A DNA stretch of 64,000 bases from Promethearchaeota archaeon (GTDB lineage: Archaea > Asgardarchaeota > Hermodarchaeia > Hermodarchaeales > Hermodarchaeaceae), in the NCBI GenBank assembly GCA_048939625.1, contig JBHLPH010000003.1, positions 1 to 64,000 on the forward strand, written 5' to 3'. The notes beneath the pieces are model-generated. The model was given only the letters and a program-made list of their open reading frames with translations, did not search any database and was not told where the DNA came from. Numbering within the stretch: position 1 is the first letter of the stretch; every line of letters begins with the position of its first letter. Positions 9,463-19,033 of the stretch are shown in pieces. A program made the translations under genes and the position numbers.

Positions 9463-10353
9463 CTACTTGATGCCCTTCAAGAATTTCTGAATTGGGGTCA
9501 CTAACTGTGTGAATTCGATGGGAATCACATATTTTGTACTCGGACTTGACCCTAACTCTCGTATTGTCTCCAAGTACTGAATCACCATGGTCTTTTCATC
9601 AATCCCTTTCGCAACATCAAAGACCTTCTGAAGCGCCAAGGCCTCACCCTCAGCACGCAGAATCGCTGACTGCCGTTCACCTTCAGCTCGCAGAATCGCC
9701 GATTGTTTATCACCTTCTGCAATGGCAATCGTTGATTCCCGTTTCCCAGCAGCTTCCGTAACCATAGCTCGACGTCGCCTTTCAGCTTCCATCTGCATGA
9801 TCATCGCTTCATTCACCTTCGTAGGTGGAAGAATCTCACGAATCTCGACTTTTGTAACCTTCACACCCCAAGGCTCTGTGTTTTCATCCAGTTTCTCTCG
9901 CAGTACGCTGTTGATATATTCACGCTTTGCCAGTACATCGTCTAGTGTGATATCTCCGACAACGGCACGGAGGGTTGTTTGACTGATGCCTAATGCAGCT
10001 CCGCTGAAGTCGCGGATGCGGAGGACGCTGTCACGGGCGTTGACAACGCGGTGGTAGATGAGTAGATCGATGTCGACGGGAGCGTTGTCGCTGGTGATGC
10101 AGCGTTGGTGTTCGATTTCGAAGTATTGTTCTCGGAGGTCAACTTTGACCATCCTATCGAGAATGGGGAGGAGGAATATCACACCGGGACCTTTGACACC
10201 GGGAATGGCGCGTCCGAGTCGGAAGATGACAGCGCGTTCATATTCTTTGAGAACGCGGATGAAGGGAACGATGAGGAGTAGGATAATTACGAAGATGAGG
10301 ATGATGATGAGCCACCAATAGGCTTGGAGGAAATAGAATAAATCGAATTGCAT
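9463..10353 (-). CDS. SPFH/band-7 (stomatin-like) membrane protein
   Basis: N-terminal TM, EYERAVIFRLGR, PWGVKVTKVEI, AERRRRA coiled coil. Confidence 0.95.
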   Translation of the reverse strand: MQFDLFYFLQAYWWLIIILIFVIILLLIVPFIRVLKEYERAVIFRLGRAIPGVKGPGVIFLLPILDRMVKVDLREQYFEIEHQRCITSDNAPVDIDLLIYHRVVNARDSVLRIRDFSGAALGISQTTLRAVVGDITLDDVLAKREYINSVLREKLDENTEPWGVKVTKVEIREILPPTKVNEAMIMQMEAERRRRAMVTEAAGKRESTIAIAEGDKQSAILRAEGERQSAILRAEGEALALQKVFDVAKGIDEKTMVIQYLETIRELGSSPSTKYVIPIEFTQLVTPIQKFLKGIK

Positions 10354-10488
10354 GTTCCTATCCCTTCATGTAATGGTGCTTAGTTCAGAGGAAAATACTT
10401 TACGGACAGTGTGGGGTTAGAGAGATAAAAATGTCAGTTGGCGAAGGATTTTAGGCGTGAAATTACAAGAGATTCGGCAGGTGAGTGT

Positions 10489-11244
10489 ATGTCACGTATC
10501 TGTCCTAATTGCGGGCAATCAGTGAAGGATTCGGCCAAATTCTGTAAATATTGTGGGTCGAAGCTCGGGGCACCTGTTTCAACACCAGTGTCGCGACCGG
10601 TGACTTCTGGGCGTGCAGCTCCCGCCGCTATTTCAGATCGGGCCCCTGTAACAGAGGTGCCTGCTGAAGTGTTAGCTCAGCTAGAAATCCGATCACAGCT
10701 ATTAGAAATCGAAGAAGAAGATTCAGAACTGCTGGAAGAAGTCGAGAGGCTTGAGAAGGAATTGGAGCAGGGTGATCGGTCAATCGCGGAGTTAGAAAGT
10801 GAAATCAAACCTCTGCAAAAGCAGATAAAATCCTTGAAGAAAAACGAGAAGAAACTTAAGTCCAAAATCAAAGAATTTGATTTTGAGAAGGCAGGAAAGG
10901 AAAGGCTGCGTTTGAAGGAGCGAGCAGAGAAGCTAGAAGAGCTAAAAGAAAGCGGAAAGGTCCGGGAAAGCGTCTATCTACGGCTAAAGGATGAATATGA
11001 ACAGGGAATTACCGAAGCAGATACACAATACCAAGAAAAGGTCGTCTTGGCTCGCGAATGGCTTTCATTGCTGAAAGCCCAATACAAGGCTATTCGTGAT
11101 GAACTTTCATTATTAGATGCCCGATATTCCGTCGGTGAAGTGAAAGATGCTGATTACAAGTCGCGGAAAGAAACCCTCGAAAAGCGTTCGAAAATTCTTG
11201 GACACCAAGTTGAAATTTTTGAAACGGTACTCCGAGACTTCTAG
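10489..11244 (+). CDS. Zinc-ribbon plus CdvA-like coiled-coil protein
   Basis: CPNCG...FCKYCG ribbon and two LxxLxxxGxVxxxxY helical motifs. ATG at 10489 follows AGGTGA. Confidence 0.7.
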   Translation: MSRICPNCGQSVKDSAKFCKYCGSKLGAPVSTPVSRPVTSGRAAPAAISDRAPVTEVPAEVLAQLEIRSQLLEIEEEDSELLEEVERLEKELEQGDRSIAELESEIKPLQKQIKSLKKNEKKLKSKIKEFDFEKAGKERLRLKERAEKLEELKESGKVRESVYLRLKDEYEQGITEADTQYQEKVVLAREWLSLLKAQYKAIRDELSLLDARYSVGEVKDADYKSRKETLEKRSKILGHQVEIFETVLRDF

Positions 11245-11336
11245 TTATTACACTTTCTTGTAGTCAAATTCCACCTAAACACAAAACATTTTATACGCCA
11301 GTGTAATTCTGAACCTCTCACCGGAGGTCATTTCGG

Positions 11337-11486
11337 ATGAACCGACGAGTCATCGCCATTGCCATCTTATGCGTGGGACTAGCAGCGCTTGCCTTTGGAA
11401 TTGCACTAGGTCAACATGAGCTCGTCCGCTCATGGCTCCAAGTCTTTTCTGATGCCTATGCACCCTATTTCCCACGACCACCCTAA
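11337..11486 (+). CDS. 49-aa single-TM peptide (not in ORF track)
   Basis: MNRRVIAIAILCVGLAALAFGIALGQHELVRSWLQVFSDAYAPYFPRPP, with GGAGGT RBS upstream. Lies directly before the 4Fe-4S membrane protein. Confidence 0.65.
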   Translation: MNRRVIAIAILCVGLAALAFGIALGQHELVRSWLQVFSDAYAPYFPRPP

Positions 11487-11499
11487 GGGGATTACAACT

Positions 11500-12630
11500 G
11501 TGAGCGTACCAAAAACTGAATCCGAACCAGAAGAAGATTACGAACGAATCTGGGACAGGCTAGGTCGACCCCTATCACGCTGGAAAAAGACCCTTCTTGA
11601 AAAATCCCGTCCCCACAAAACTCTACACTACTGGGTGAAGAAAGCATTTGAAGAACTCCTTGCTATCCGCATCATCCGATTTATTGTTCAACTTTCTGCA
11701 TTCTTGGTGCTATTCTATGCAGGTATTGTCTTTGTATTAGGCTATGATCCACTTATTGGAACTATCTTTTCTGGTATTGCTTGGTTCATCCCAATCTTTG
11801 GATATATCCCATTACCATTTGATATGCCTCAGGGCATTGCCCAAGGAACAGGAACAAGCTTCTTCGACATGATACAATTTATCGGACAGCAAGGTATATT
11901 TCCCTACATCGCTGTCGGTGTCATCCTTATTGTTCCAATTCTTGTAGGTCGCAGTTTTTGCGGCTGGATTTGCCCCTTTGGCTTTGTACAAGATTTTTTT
12001 GCGTTCACACCAATTCGAAAACGATACCCTTCTAAGCAATGGGACGACCGCTTGAAGAGCATTAAGTACGTTATTCTCTTCGTCGCCCTCTTCTTTGTTG
12101 CTTGGCTTGGAATATCAACATTTCTTGGAATTGATGAACCCCTACGACAAGCATTATCACAATCATTATTCGGATCTGCATTTGCTACCGCATTTTGGAC
12201 AGCCATTAATCCCTCAGGTACATTCTTTGTCATCTTGCCATACCTATATCTCAATGGAGTAATATCTCCAATCCTCACTCAATGGAATCCCCCCTTCATC
12301 ACGTGGAGCTGGGCGATGTACATCCGACTGGGATTTCTTGCCATTGTTCTGATTTTGTCCCTATTCATTATGCGCCCATTCTGCCGTTATCTCTGCCCCA
12401 CCGGAGCCATGATGGGACTAGTCGGACAATTCAGCTTCCTCACAGTCAGCCGAAGCGCCACCGAATGTCTTGGCCCAACTTGCGACTCACCACGATGCAA
12501 GCAAGCCTGCCCTGTTGGAATTGATGTGATGACCAAACCATTTGGCCCCATCCATGACCCCGAATGCATACTATGTCTTGATTGTGTAGCCAAATGTAGT
12601 CATGATTCAGTAAAGGTAGAATATGGTTAA
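11500..12630 (+). CDS. Membrane 4Fe-4S binding protein (NapH/YccM-like)
   Basis: Two CxxxCP motifs (FCGWICPFG, FCRYLCPTG) and a C-terminal ferredoxin (CILCLDCVAKC). Likely GTG start at 11500. Confidence 0.88.
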   Translation: MSVPKTESEPEEDYERIWDRLGRPLSRWKKTLLEKSRPHKTLHYWVKKAFEELLAIRIIRFIVQLSAFLVLFYAGIVFVLGYDPLIGTIFSGIAWFIPIFGYIPLPFDMPQGIAQGTGTSFFDMIQFIGQQGIFPYIAVGVILIVPILVGRSFCGWICPFGFVQDFFAFTPIRKRYPSKQWDDRLKSIKYVILFVALFFVAWLGISTFLGIDEPLRQALSQSLFGSAFATAFWTAINPSGTFFVILPYLYLNGVISPILTQWNPPFITWSWAMYIRLGFLAIVLILSLFIMRPFCRYLCPTGAMMGLVGQFSFLTVSRSATECLGPTCDSPRCKQACPVGIDVMTKPFGPIHDPECILCLDCVAKCSHDSVKVEYG

Positions 12631-12636
12631 TGGAGT

Positions 12637-12870
12637 TTGAATAGCTTGGGAAAAGTGAAGCAGGGTACGGTTTGTAGTGTTAAAGGCTGTGATGAGAAGG
12701 CAACCCGTTCTCTTACCGCTGATAAGGCCCGTGAAGCACTACAAGCCGCCGGTGCAGCCTTTGATGATGATCAGGCACGTCGCTTTTACTTATGCCAGAA
12801 GCATTACAAAGTTTACAAGAAGCAGACGAAACAAGATAAGAAAGTAGACAAATGGCGTTATGGAGCTTAG
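12637..12870 (+). CDS. Small putative Zn-binding protein
   Basis: CSVKGC...LCQKH with a basic C-terminus. Confidence 0.7.
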   Translation: MNSLGKVKQGTVCSVKGCDEKATRSLTADKAREALQAAGAAFDDDQARRFYLCQKHYKVYKKQTKQDKKVDKWRYGA

Positions 12871-12882
12871 CAAGAACTCAAT

Positions 12883-13521
12883 TTAGCCTTCGTCGTTGGT
12901 TTCATTTGTTAATTGGTTGACGACTTTTTTGATTTCTTTTTTCCAACGGAGTAAACTCAGGGCGAGTTCTTCACGATTTTCTTCAGGGATTTGTCCTGTC
13001 TTCCCAGCAAGGGGTTCAAGGATAGCCCCCATTTCAAGGGTGGCAGGTTGAAAATCGCCACCAATACGAATTAAGCGTTCACGCGCATCTGCAACCTGGA
13101 CATAGACCTTTCGGTAATCTGGGTCTGTGAGAAGCTGATTAAGAGCTTCATCGATTTTGCGTTCGACAACCACAGCTTTTGAGGCATGGGAGAGTTTGAC
13201 ACCAGGTACATTGCTAAAACGCTTTAGGGTTTTTGTGATTCGATTGGCAATCTCGTTGAGATAATTAGGACGCTTTGCTTTGTCACCCCCTGTGATGTCC
13301 AGTTGGATTGTGGGCGTTTTTGAATCAACAAGCAGGGTTACTTCAAGGCGATCATCAGTACTAGGCATCCGGAAGGAAACCGTGGCAGTGCCAAAAAAGC
13401 CTTCTTCGGTATAGGTTTCAGCAATATTGATCAATCGAGTGCCGATTGATGAGATGCAGAAGTATGCAGCTCCAAAAGCTAGACTCGGTGATAGTTCTCC
13501 AACAGGAATCTCTGTTGACAC
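12883..13521 (-). CDS. Hypothetical protein
   Basis: 212-aa ORF. Confidence 0.7.
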   Translation of the reverse strand: MSTEIPVGELSPSLAFGAAYFCISSIGTRLINIAETYTEEGFFGTATVSFRMPSTDDRLEVTLLVDSKTPTIQLDITGGDKAKRPNYLNEIANRITKTLKRFSNVPGVKLSHASKAVVVERKIDEALNQLLTDPDYRKVYVQVADARERLIRIGGDFQPATLEMGAILEPLAGKTGQIPEENREELALSLLRWKKEIKKVVNQLTNETNDEG

Positions 13522-13735
13522 AGCAGGACCCTCTTACAGACTGTGGTGAAAGAGGAAAAAAGTGTTCTGTTGGCTCAGAAACCAAGCCGGAAATGGTTTT
13601 AGATGATTCGAGAAAACAACAAGTTAATGGAGCGTAAAAATACTAAGAGAAAATTGCTGCGAATTATTCGAATAGGAGAGACTCGCGAAGTCTATAAGGG
13701 TGTGCTTTCAAAGGCATAACACGCGCGAGGTATTG

Positions 13736-15262
13736 ATGATGTCATCAGAGCCACCTGAAAAAGAACCAGAAAGTGTTGATGGGGAAGAGGATCCAGAATC
13801 GGTTCAAATCGAGCCTGTTGCAGAAGTTGTGGGCAAAACTACAACTCATACACTAAGAATTCGGGTGTTGAAACAGGGCGAGGTTGGTCGAAATGACTTT
13901 CTATCAATTAATCATCGCGGAGAGGAGTATTTACTGCTCTGCAAGGAATTAACACGCGAGAAGAGGGCAACTTTAGGGCAATGTAGTGTTGTCGGGCCCA
14001 TGCCTCGAACCCCATTCAATCCTGAAATGATGATCTATAAGGCAACACCCCGTACGGTGAGTGAAGCATTGGGTATTGATATTCCACTCGAGGAGGGAAC
14101 CTACGTTGGGCAAATCTCTGGTAATACGATACCAGCCCAATTACCAGTAAAGCGGCTAGGACGCCTCTTTGTGGTGGGTAAGACTGGTAGTGGGAAAAGC
14201 TATACAACCGCCGTAATCATGGAAGAATTTCTCAAAAAAGGCATTCCGATTGTTGTATTGGACCGGCATGGAGAATATTCGAGTCTCAAAATCCCTGCTT
14301 CTGAAGGGAGTGAACGATTTGAAGTAGAACCACGCAGCTATGAGATGAGCGTCATCGAGTTTGCGGACTTACATGCCAATCCAGGAGCTGATTTACCCAT
14401 CGAAGCACTCCTGGGTACACACCCTAAGGATTTGGTTGTATCGGGACAAGGAACCATAATCAACTTTCGGGGCCTTGACTTGGGTGTACAGGAGGCATTA
14501 TCACAGGAAATTCTAAGTGACTTATATCATGCGGCTGTCAATCGGGAAATTCCACCCTTCTATTGTTTTGTTGATGAAGCTCACACACTCGCTCCAAATC
14601 GTGGGAAAGCAGCGACCACGGGGATGATGCGCCTATTTGCTCAAGAGGGACGTAAATTTGCAGCTAATTTGGTAGTGATTACTCAGAAACCCCAGCTCTT
14701 AGATACCACGGTCAGGAGCCAAGTCGGTACTTGGATAATTCACCAGCTCACTGATATTCGGGATGTTGATATCACGGTCTCGAGTACTGAAGGCCTTTCA
14801 AAAGAATGGGCAGAAGACATCCAACGTTTAGATACTGGCCAAGTTGTTGTAGCTGGTGATGCCGTTGAAGTGCCTGTTTTCATAGATGTGCGAACCCGAG
14901 AAACCACTCATGGAGCAACGGGTTTTAACCCTCTTGATTTTGCTGAAAAACAAACTCTTGAAGAACTAGAAAAACGACGAATCCGGCTACGAACAGATTT
15001 TGCTGGACGAATCAAAGCAGCGGTTGAGCGGTTCCAGCAATTAACAGAAGGGGCAAATGGTGGACAGATGCCCCAGCAGGTTAGCGCATTACGTTCGGAG
15101 TTACAAGCCACCGAACAAAAATTGCATGATCTTCGTGAGGATAATTCGAAACTTACAGCTCGTATTCGGAAACTTGAAGTTGATCTAAAGAAGGCTGAAA
15201 AGAAATATCAAAAGGCGATGAATATCGCAGAACGCGCATTAGCTGAATTAAAAGGCCGATAA
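13736..15262 (+). CDS. HerA/FtsK-family (DUF87) ATPase with C-terminal coiled coil
   Basis: N-terminal HAS-barrel-like region, Walker A GKTGSGKS, LDRHGEY, Walker B FVDEAH, EGRKF, TQKPQ. Confidence 0.88.
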   Translation: MMSSEPPEKEPESVDGEEDPESVQIEPVAEVVGKTTTHTLRIRVLKQGEVGRNDFLSINHRGEEYLLLCKELTREKRATLGQCSVVGPMPRTPFNPEMMIYKATPRTVSEALGIDIPLEEGTYVGQISGNTIPAQLPVKRLGRLFVVGKTGSGKSYTTAVIMEEFLKKGIPIVVLDRHGEYSSLKIPASEGSERFEVEPRSYEMSVIEFADLHANPGADLPIEALLGTHPKDLVVSGQGTIINFRGLDLGVQEALSQEILSDLYHAAVNREIPPFYCFVDEAHTLAPNRGKAATTGMMRLFAQEGRKFAANLVVITQKPQLLDTTVRSQVGTWIIHQLTDIRDVDITVSSTEGLSKEWAEDIQRLDTGQVVVAGDAVEVPVFIDVRTRETTHGATGFNPLDFAEKQTLEELEKRRIRLRTDFAGRIKAAVERFQQLTEGANGGQMPQQVSALRSELQATEQKLHDLREDNSKLTARIRKLEVDLKKAEKKYQKAMNIAERALAELKGR

Positions 15263-15285
15263 TTTCCAGTAGAGACCTGAATGCT

Positions 15286-15636
15286 CTATTTTGCTTGCCA
15301 AGCTTTTGTCGTGACTTTATCAACAAGACCCTTTGCACGCAGTTCATTTAACGAACGGATAATTTCATTTCGTGGAACATCCACTCCACCAGCTCCTCGA
15401 ATAATGGTTTGGATAGCACGTGGTCGTTGGGGGCGCTCGCGGATAGTTTCTAAGACGGCAGCTTGAAGAACCGATAACTTGGCACGCTTTTTAGCACCTC
15501 TTTTCTTAGACTTTTCTTCCTCGATGGGTTCTTGATCCTCCTCATCGAGAACTTCTTCCGCAGGGCCACTTGGTGCTGCTTCCTTTTCTGGTTCTTTCGC
15601 TTCGGGTGGTTCAGGCACTTCTTTTTTCTTTGACAT
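15286..15636 (-). CDS. Small winged-helix protein with acidic/basic disordered N-terminus
   Basis: IIRSLNELRAKGLVDKVTTKAW wHTH-like C-terminus. Confidence 0.6.
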   Translation of the reverse strand: MSKKKEVPEPPEAKEPEKEAAPSGPAEEVLDEEDQEPIEEEKSKKRGAKKRAKLSVLQAAVLETIRERPQRPRAIQTIIRGAGGVDVPRNEIIRSLNELRAKGLVDKVTTKAWQAK

Positions 15637-15815
15637 TTACATCGCCACGATTATCAACAAGAGATTGAGTGGATGGCTCGACCTCTGTTCACAGTGGGTC
15701 ATTTAAATTTTCTGTTAGCCCTGTAACAAGCCCCACACGATTTGTAGCCTAAGCCGTAAGGTTGAAATACGGGAAGTATAATCGACGGTCTCGCCTGAAA
15801 GGTTGGTTGTTCGCT

Positions 15816-17192
15816 GTGTCACGTCGACAACGGAAAGGAAAGAAACAACGGCAAAAGCGTCTTGAGAAAGTACCAGAAAAACTCCAGCGGAAACGAGACC
15901 GCCCAGAAAGGCAAAAACCTCGTCGGATGCCGGGCTGGGTCCGGATAGGTCTAGTTGTTATTTTAATTGCCGTTATAATTGGTGGCAGCACGTGGGCTTA
16001 TCTCAATCTGCTACCGGAACCTGAACCAACCCAACCGGTTCAAGGTGCTTTGTATATTCTTCAACAAGACACCTTTTTTGTATTCATCAATGAATCGGGG
16101 CACGTTGAAATTGATTTCATGATTAGCCGTTATGCCGGAGGCACATTCGGAGGCAACCAACCGCTTAACCTCACTTTTTCACGAACATTTGACGACGACG
16201 TGAATTTCACTCTAATTGATCCTCATGTATTCTATGACTATTATGGAAATGCATATTATATCCCCCCTGAAACTGATGCGAACAGTATCAGTTACGTAGT
16301 GGAAAATATACATCCAAACATGCAGTTTGAATATGAAAGACGTAACTTTCGCGGGCACAGTACAATGTCTGGATACTACAATCTCTTGTGGGATTACATG
16401 TTGAATAGTAGTGATAACGTTTGGCTGCAAACCGACACGATGGAGGATATGTATACGTTCACCTTAGATATCCGGCCAGAAAATGATACAATTCCCTACA
16501 ATACTCCCACGATTGTGCACTGCAATATAACCTTCAATACCTTACAAGTTGCAGATGCCAATACCTATAATTGGGGTGAATCGATGCTTATCTTTCCGAA
16601 AAACGTCTACAATGGCACAATGCTCTTGGCGAATATGACTGTACATGAAGTCCTTCGCATCGGAAGCCTCGTGAACCCCCCTCTAAATCCAACCATTGAT
16701 AATGAAACTCACATTGGGTTTGAAGCAAACCCGATTACAACCTCAATGTCACAAAATCAGTCCTGGGGCTACACTTTCGATTTGAACGTTACCTCATTTA
16801 CAAACTCGTCTTTTTGCCTCATAGATCTTACAACGCCCAAGAATGAATTCTTCATGCAATCCGGTTATACTGGAATTGTTGAAGAACAACCAATGCATTT
16901 CCCGAAAGCCGAGATTGAAATTCTCACTCCGTATCAAACTCAGCAGAAGAAAAACTATACGGATATCATATTTCGTTTTCCCGAAATATGTGTAGATAAT
17001 GGGACAATATTCTACAATTTGCCTCCAGATGCCTTTGGACCACGCACCTTATCTATAATCCAACCTGCAAGCCAAGAACCAACTTCGCAGTCTGTGCCCA
17101 GCCTTGTAAGAATTTTTGAGATTTCAAGTGATATGTGTATACAAGTAATATCATGGTTTACAGATTTGTGGCGCCAATTTGTTTTCGGATAG
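15816..17192 (+). CDS. Type II single-pass membrane protein with large N-glycosylation-rich extracellular domain
   Basis: Basic cytoplasmic N-terminus, TM (IGLVVILIAVIIGG), about 14 NxS/T sequons. Confidence 0.75.
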   Translation: MSRRQRKGKKQRQKRLEKVPEKLQRKRDRPERQKPRRMPGWVRIGLVVILIAVIIGGSTWAYLNLLPEPEPTQPVQGALYILQQDTFFVFINESGHVEIDFMISRYAGGTFGGNQPLNLTFSRTFDDDVNFTLIDPHVFYDYYGNAYYIPPETDANSISYVVENIHPNMQFEYERRNFRGHSTMSGYYNLLWDYMLNSSDNVWLQTDTMEDMYTFTLDIRPENDTIPYNTPTIVHCNITFNTLQVADANTYNWGESMLIFPKNVYNGTMLLANMTVHEVLRIGSLVNPPLNPTIDNETHIGFEANPITTSMSQNQSWGYTFDLNVTSFTNSSFCLIDLTTPKNEFFMQSGYTGIVEEQPMHFPKAEIEILTPYQTQQKKNYTDIIFRFPEICVDNGTIFYNLPPDAFGPRTLSIIQPASQEPTSQSVPSLVRIFEISSDMCIQVISWFTDLWRQFVFG

Positions 17193-17321
17193 GTTGTGAA
17201 TTCATTTTTGGGTAATCCTTAATCAATTGGGTTGTTTTCCTTAAGGACCTAGACCTGCTCCGAGATTTTAAAAGCCCGACATTTGTTAGGAATAATGAAC
17301 TAATATGTAGGAGATGCAGCA

Positions 17322-17972
17322 ATGCCTTCTGAAGAAAAAGACCTCGATGAAGCCTACTCCCGTTATGGTAAACGGTTGAAGGATAAAATGGCAGCCCAAG
17401 ACCCAATTAAGGATGAAGAACTCCGAGCGCGCCTTGAACAAGTTGATCGTCATAGCCCGGCAAAATCTAAGTTGTTCGCAGACTCTGAAGCTCGTCTTCA
17501 ACATCTCAAAGAAGAATTTTTTATTGAAGTTCAAGTTCCTCAAACGCTTCAGGAGCATATCGTGCATCTTCTAGCTCAAGGGCATGAAGGTGAACTATCA
17601 GGCACCACAGTTTCGGTGGCAGATTTGTATACCGAGATTCATGATGTGAATGAATATCGAAAAGTATCAAGAAAGAAATTCGAAAAGGCGCTTAAACAAT
17701 TGGAGAAGAACGAAACCGTTCAACTAAGTGAAGTTCAAGGCACTCGTGTAGTGAAATTACGCAGTCAATTTCTCAGCGAGGATGAAGCAGCCATTTTAGA
17801 TGTTGCAGCGCGAAAAGATGGAAAAGCCTCGATTGAGCAGATCATGGTTTCTACTGGTTGGACACAGGCACGAGTTCAAATCGCATTAGACGCTTTAATA
17901 AGTAAAAAAATGGTGGCTAAAAAGAAGAGCTTTACTCGCGGAACCCGTTACCAGTTATCAGAAGGCACCTAA
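17322..17972 (+). CDS. ESCRT-II Vps22/Vps36-like (EAP30) tandem winged-helix protein
   Basis: VSVADLY...KALKQL...LSEDEAAILDVA...TGWTQARVQIALDAL matches the EAP30 double-wHTH pattern. Confidence 0.7.
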   Translation: MPSEEKDLDEAYSRYGKRLKDKMAAQDPIKDEELRARLEQVDRHSPAKSKLFADSEARLQHLKEEFFIEVQVPQTLQEHIVHLLAQGHEGELSGTTVSVADLYTEIHDVNEYRKVSRKKFEKALKQLEKNETVQLSEVQGTRVVKLRSQFLSEDEAAILDVAARKDGKASIEQIMVSTGWTQARVQIALDALISKKMVAKKKSFTRGTRYQLSEGT

Positions 17973-18022
17973 ACATTTCATTTCACTTATACACAACCCT
18001 CTATTAGTTTAAATAGATATTT

Positions 18023-18265
18023 TTGGATAAAAGACATGGTGTACAAGTAGTGAGTACTGATTGTCTAGAGCCCCTTCGTGGCAATCAAAGACCATTTGAC
18101 GATAGCCCTCACCAAGATATTCGCCGTGAGAAACGCCTACTTCGTCAGGCTATTGCAAAAGCAAGTGGATCTCATCGAATTCGACTACAACGAGAATTAG
18201 CCGCGCTTGAGGAATATGAACGAGAAAAACGTCAACAAATTCTAGAACAGAACGTCCTCGCCTAG
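18023..18265 (+). CDS. Small helical hypothetical protein
   Basis: 80-aa ORF filling the gap. Confidence 0.5.
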   Translation: MDKRHGVQVVSTDCLEPLRGNQRPFDDSPHQDIRREKRLLRQAIAKASGSHRIRLQRELAALEEYEREKRQQILEQNVLA

Positions 18266-18375
18266 TTCGAATCCTGCCTATTTTCGGTTTCAGTCTAAAG
18301 GAGTAGTCTTATCAGTTATTCTGCTCAATGTCAACAAGACTCAGTTCATTCCCGAAAAAGAAGTGGTGATTAGCT

Positions 18376-18984
18376 GTGGGCTGTGTGATAGCGATCTCCG
18401 GCACACCGGGAACGGGCAAATCCGCAGTTGGTACTCTGTTATCTCAGCAACTAGACTTAGAACTCATTGAAATAGGCCAGATAATCAAGGATTTTGAATT
18501 ACATCAGGGTATGGACCCACAGCGTGAAACACTCATAGCAGACATCGATCGACTCCAAGAATACCTCAACCGATTGCTAGGATCTCAGCAGAAGGAGTTA
18601 ATTATTACTGGACACTTTTCTGACATCGTTCCTGATAAATTTCTGAAAGTACTAATTGTACTTCGGTGTCATCCACTCACCCTCTTAGAGAGATTACATA
18701 AGCGTGAATGGGCTTCGGAGAAAATCTTGGAAAATATCCAAGCAGAAATCCTTGGCGAATGTACTTCTCAAGCATTAGCAAACCATAGCTACCAGAAGAT
18801 CTTTGAAATCAATACAACGACGCTCTCAACTCAACAAGTTGCAAAGATCATAACAGATATTCTGAATGAGAAGGGAAAGCAGCATAATGTTGGTAAAATT
18901 TCTTGGTTAGCAATGCTGGATCCACAAATGCTTCATCAGATAATGGAGGAAAATCGACTTCCCCGCACATCACAAAAAGCATAA
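18376..18984 (+). CDS. Adenylate kinase AK6/Fap7 family
   Basis: SGTPGTGKS, TGH, LRCHP, ENIQAEI motifs. Confidence 0.92.
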   Translation: MGCVIAISGTPGTGKSAVGTLLSQQLDLELIEIGQIIKDFELHQGMDPQRETLIADIDRLQEYLNRLLGSQQKELIITGHFSDIVPDKFLKVLIVLRCHPLTLLERLHKREWASEKILENIQAEILGECTSQALANHSYQKIFEINTTTLSTQQVAKIITDILNEKGKQHNVGKISWLAMLDPQMLHQIMEENRLPRTSQKA

Positions 18985-19033
18985 GTGGTGTTCCTAGCTT
19001 TGAACACAGTAGAGAAAAGAAGGTTGGCAACTC

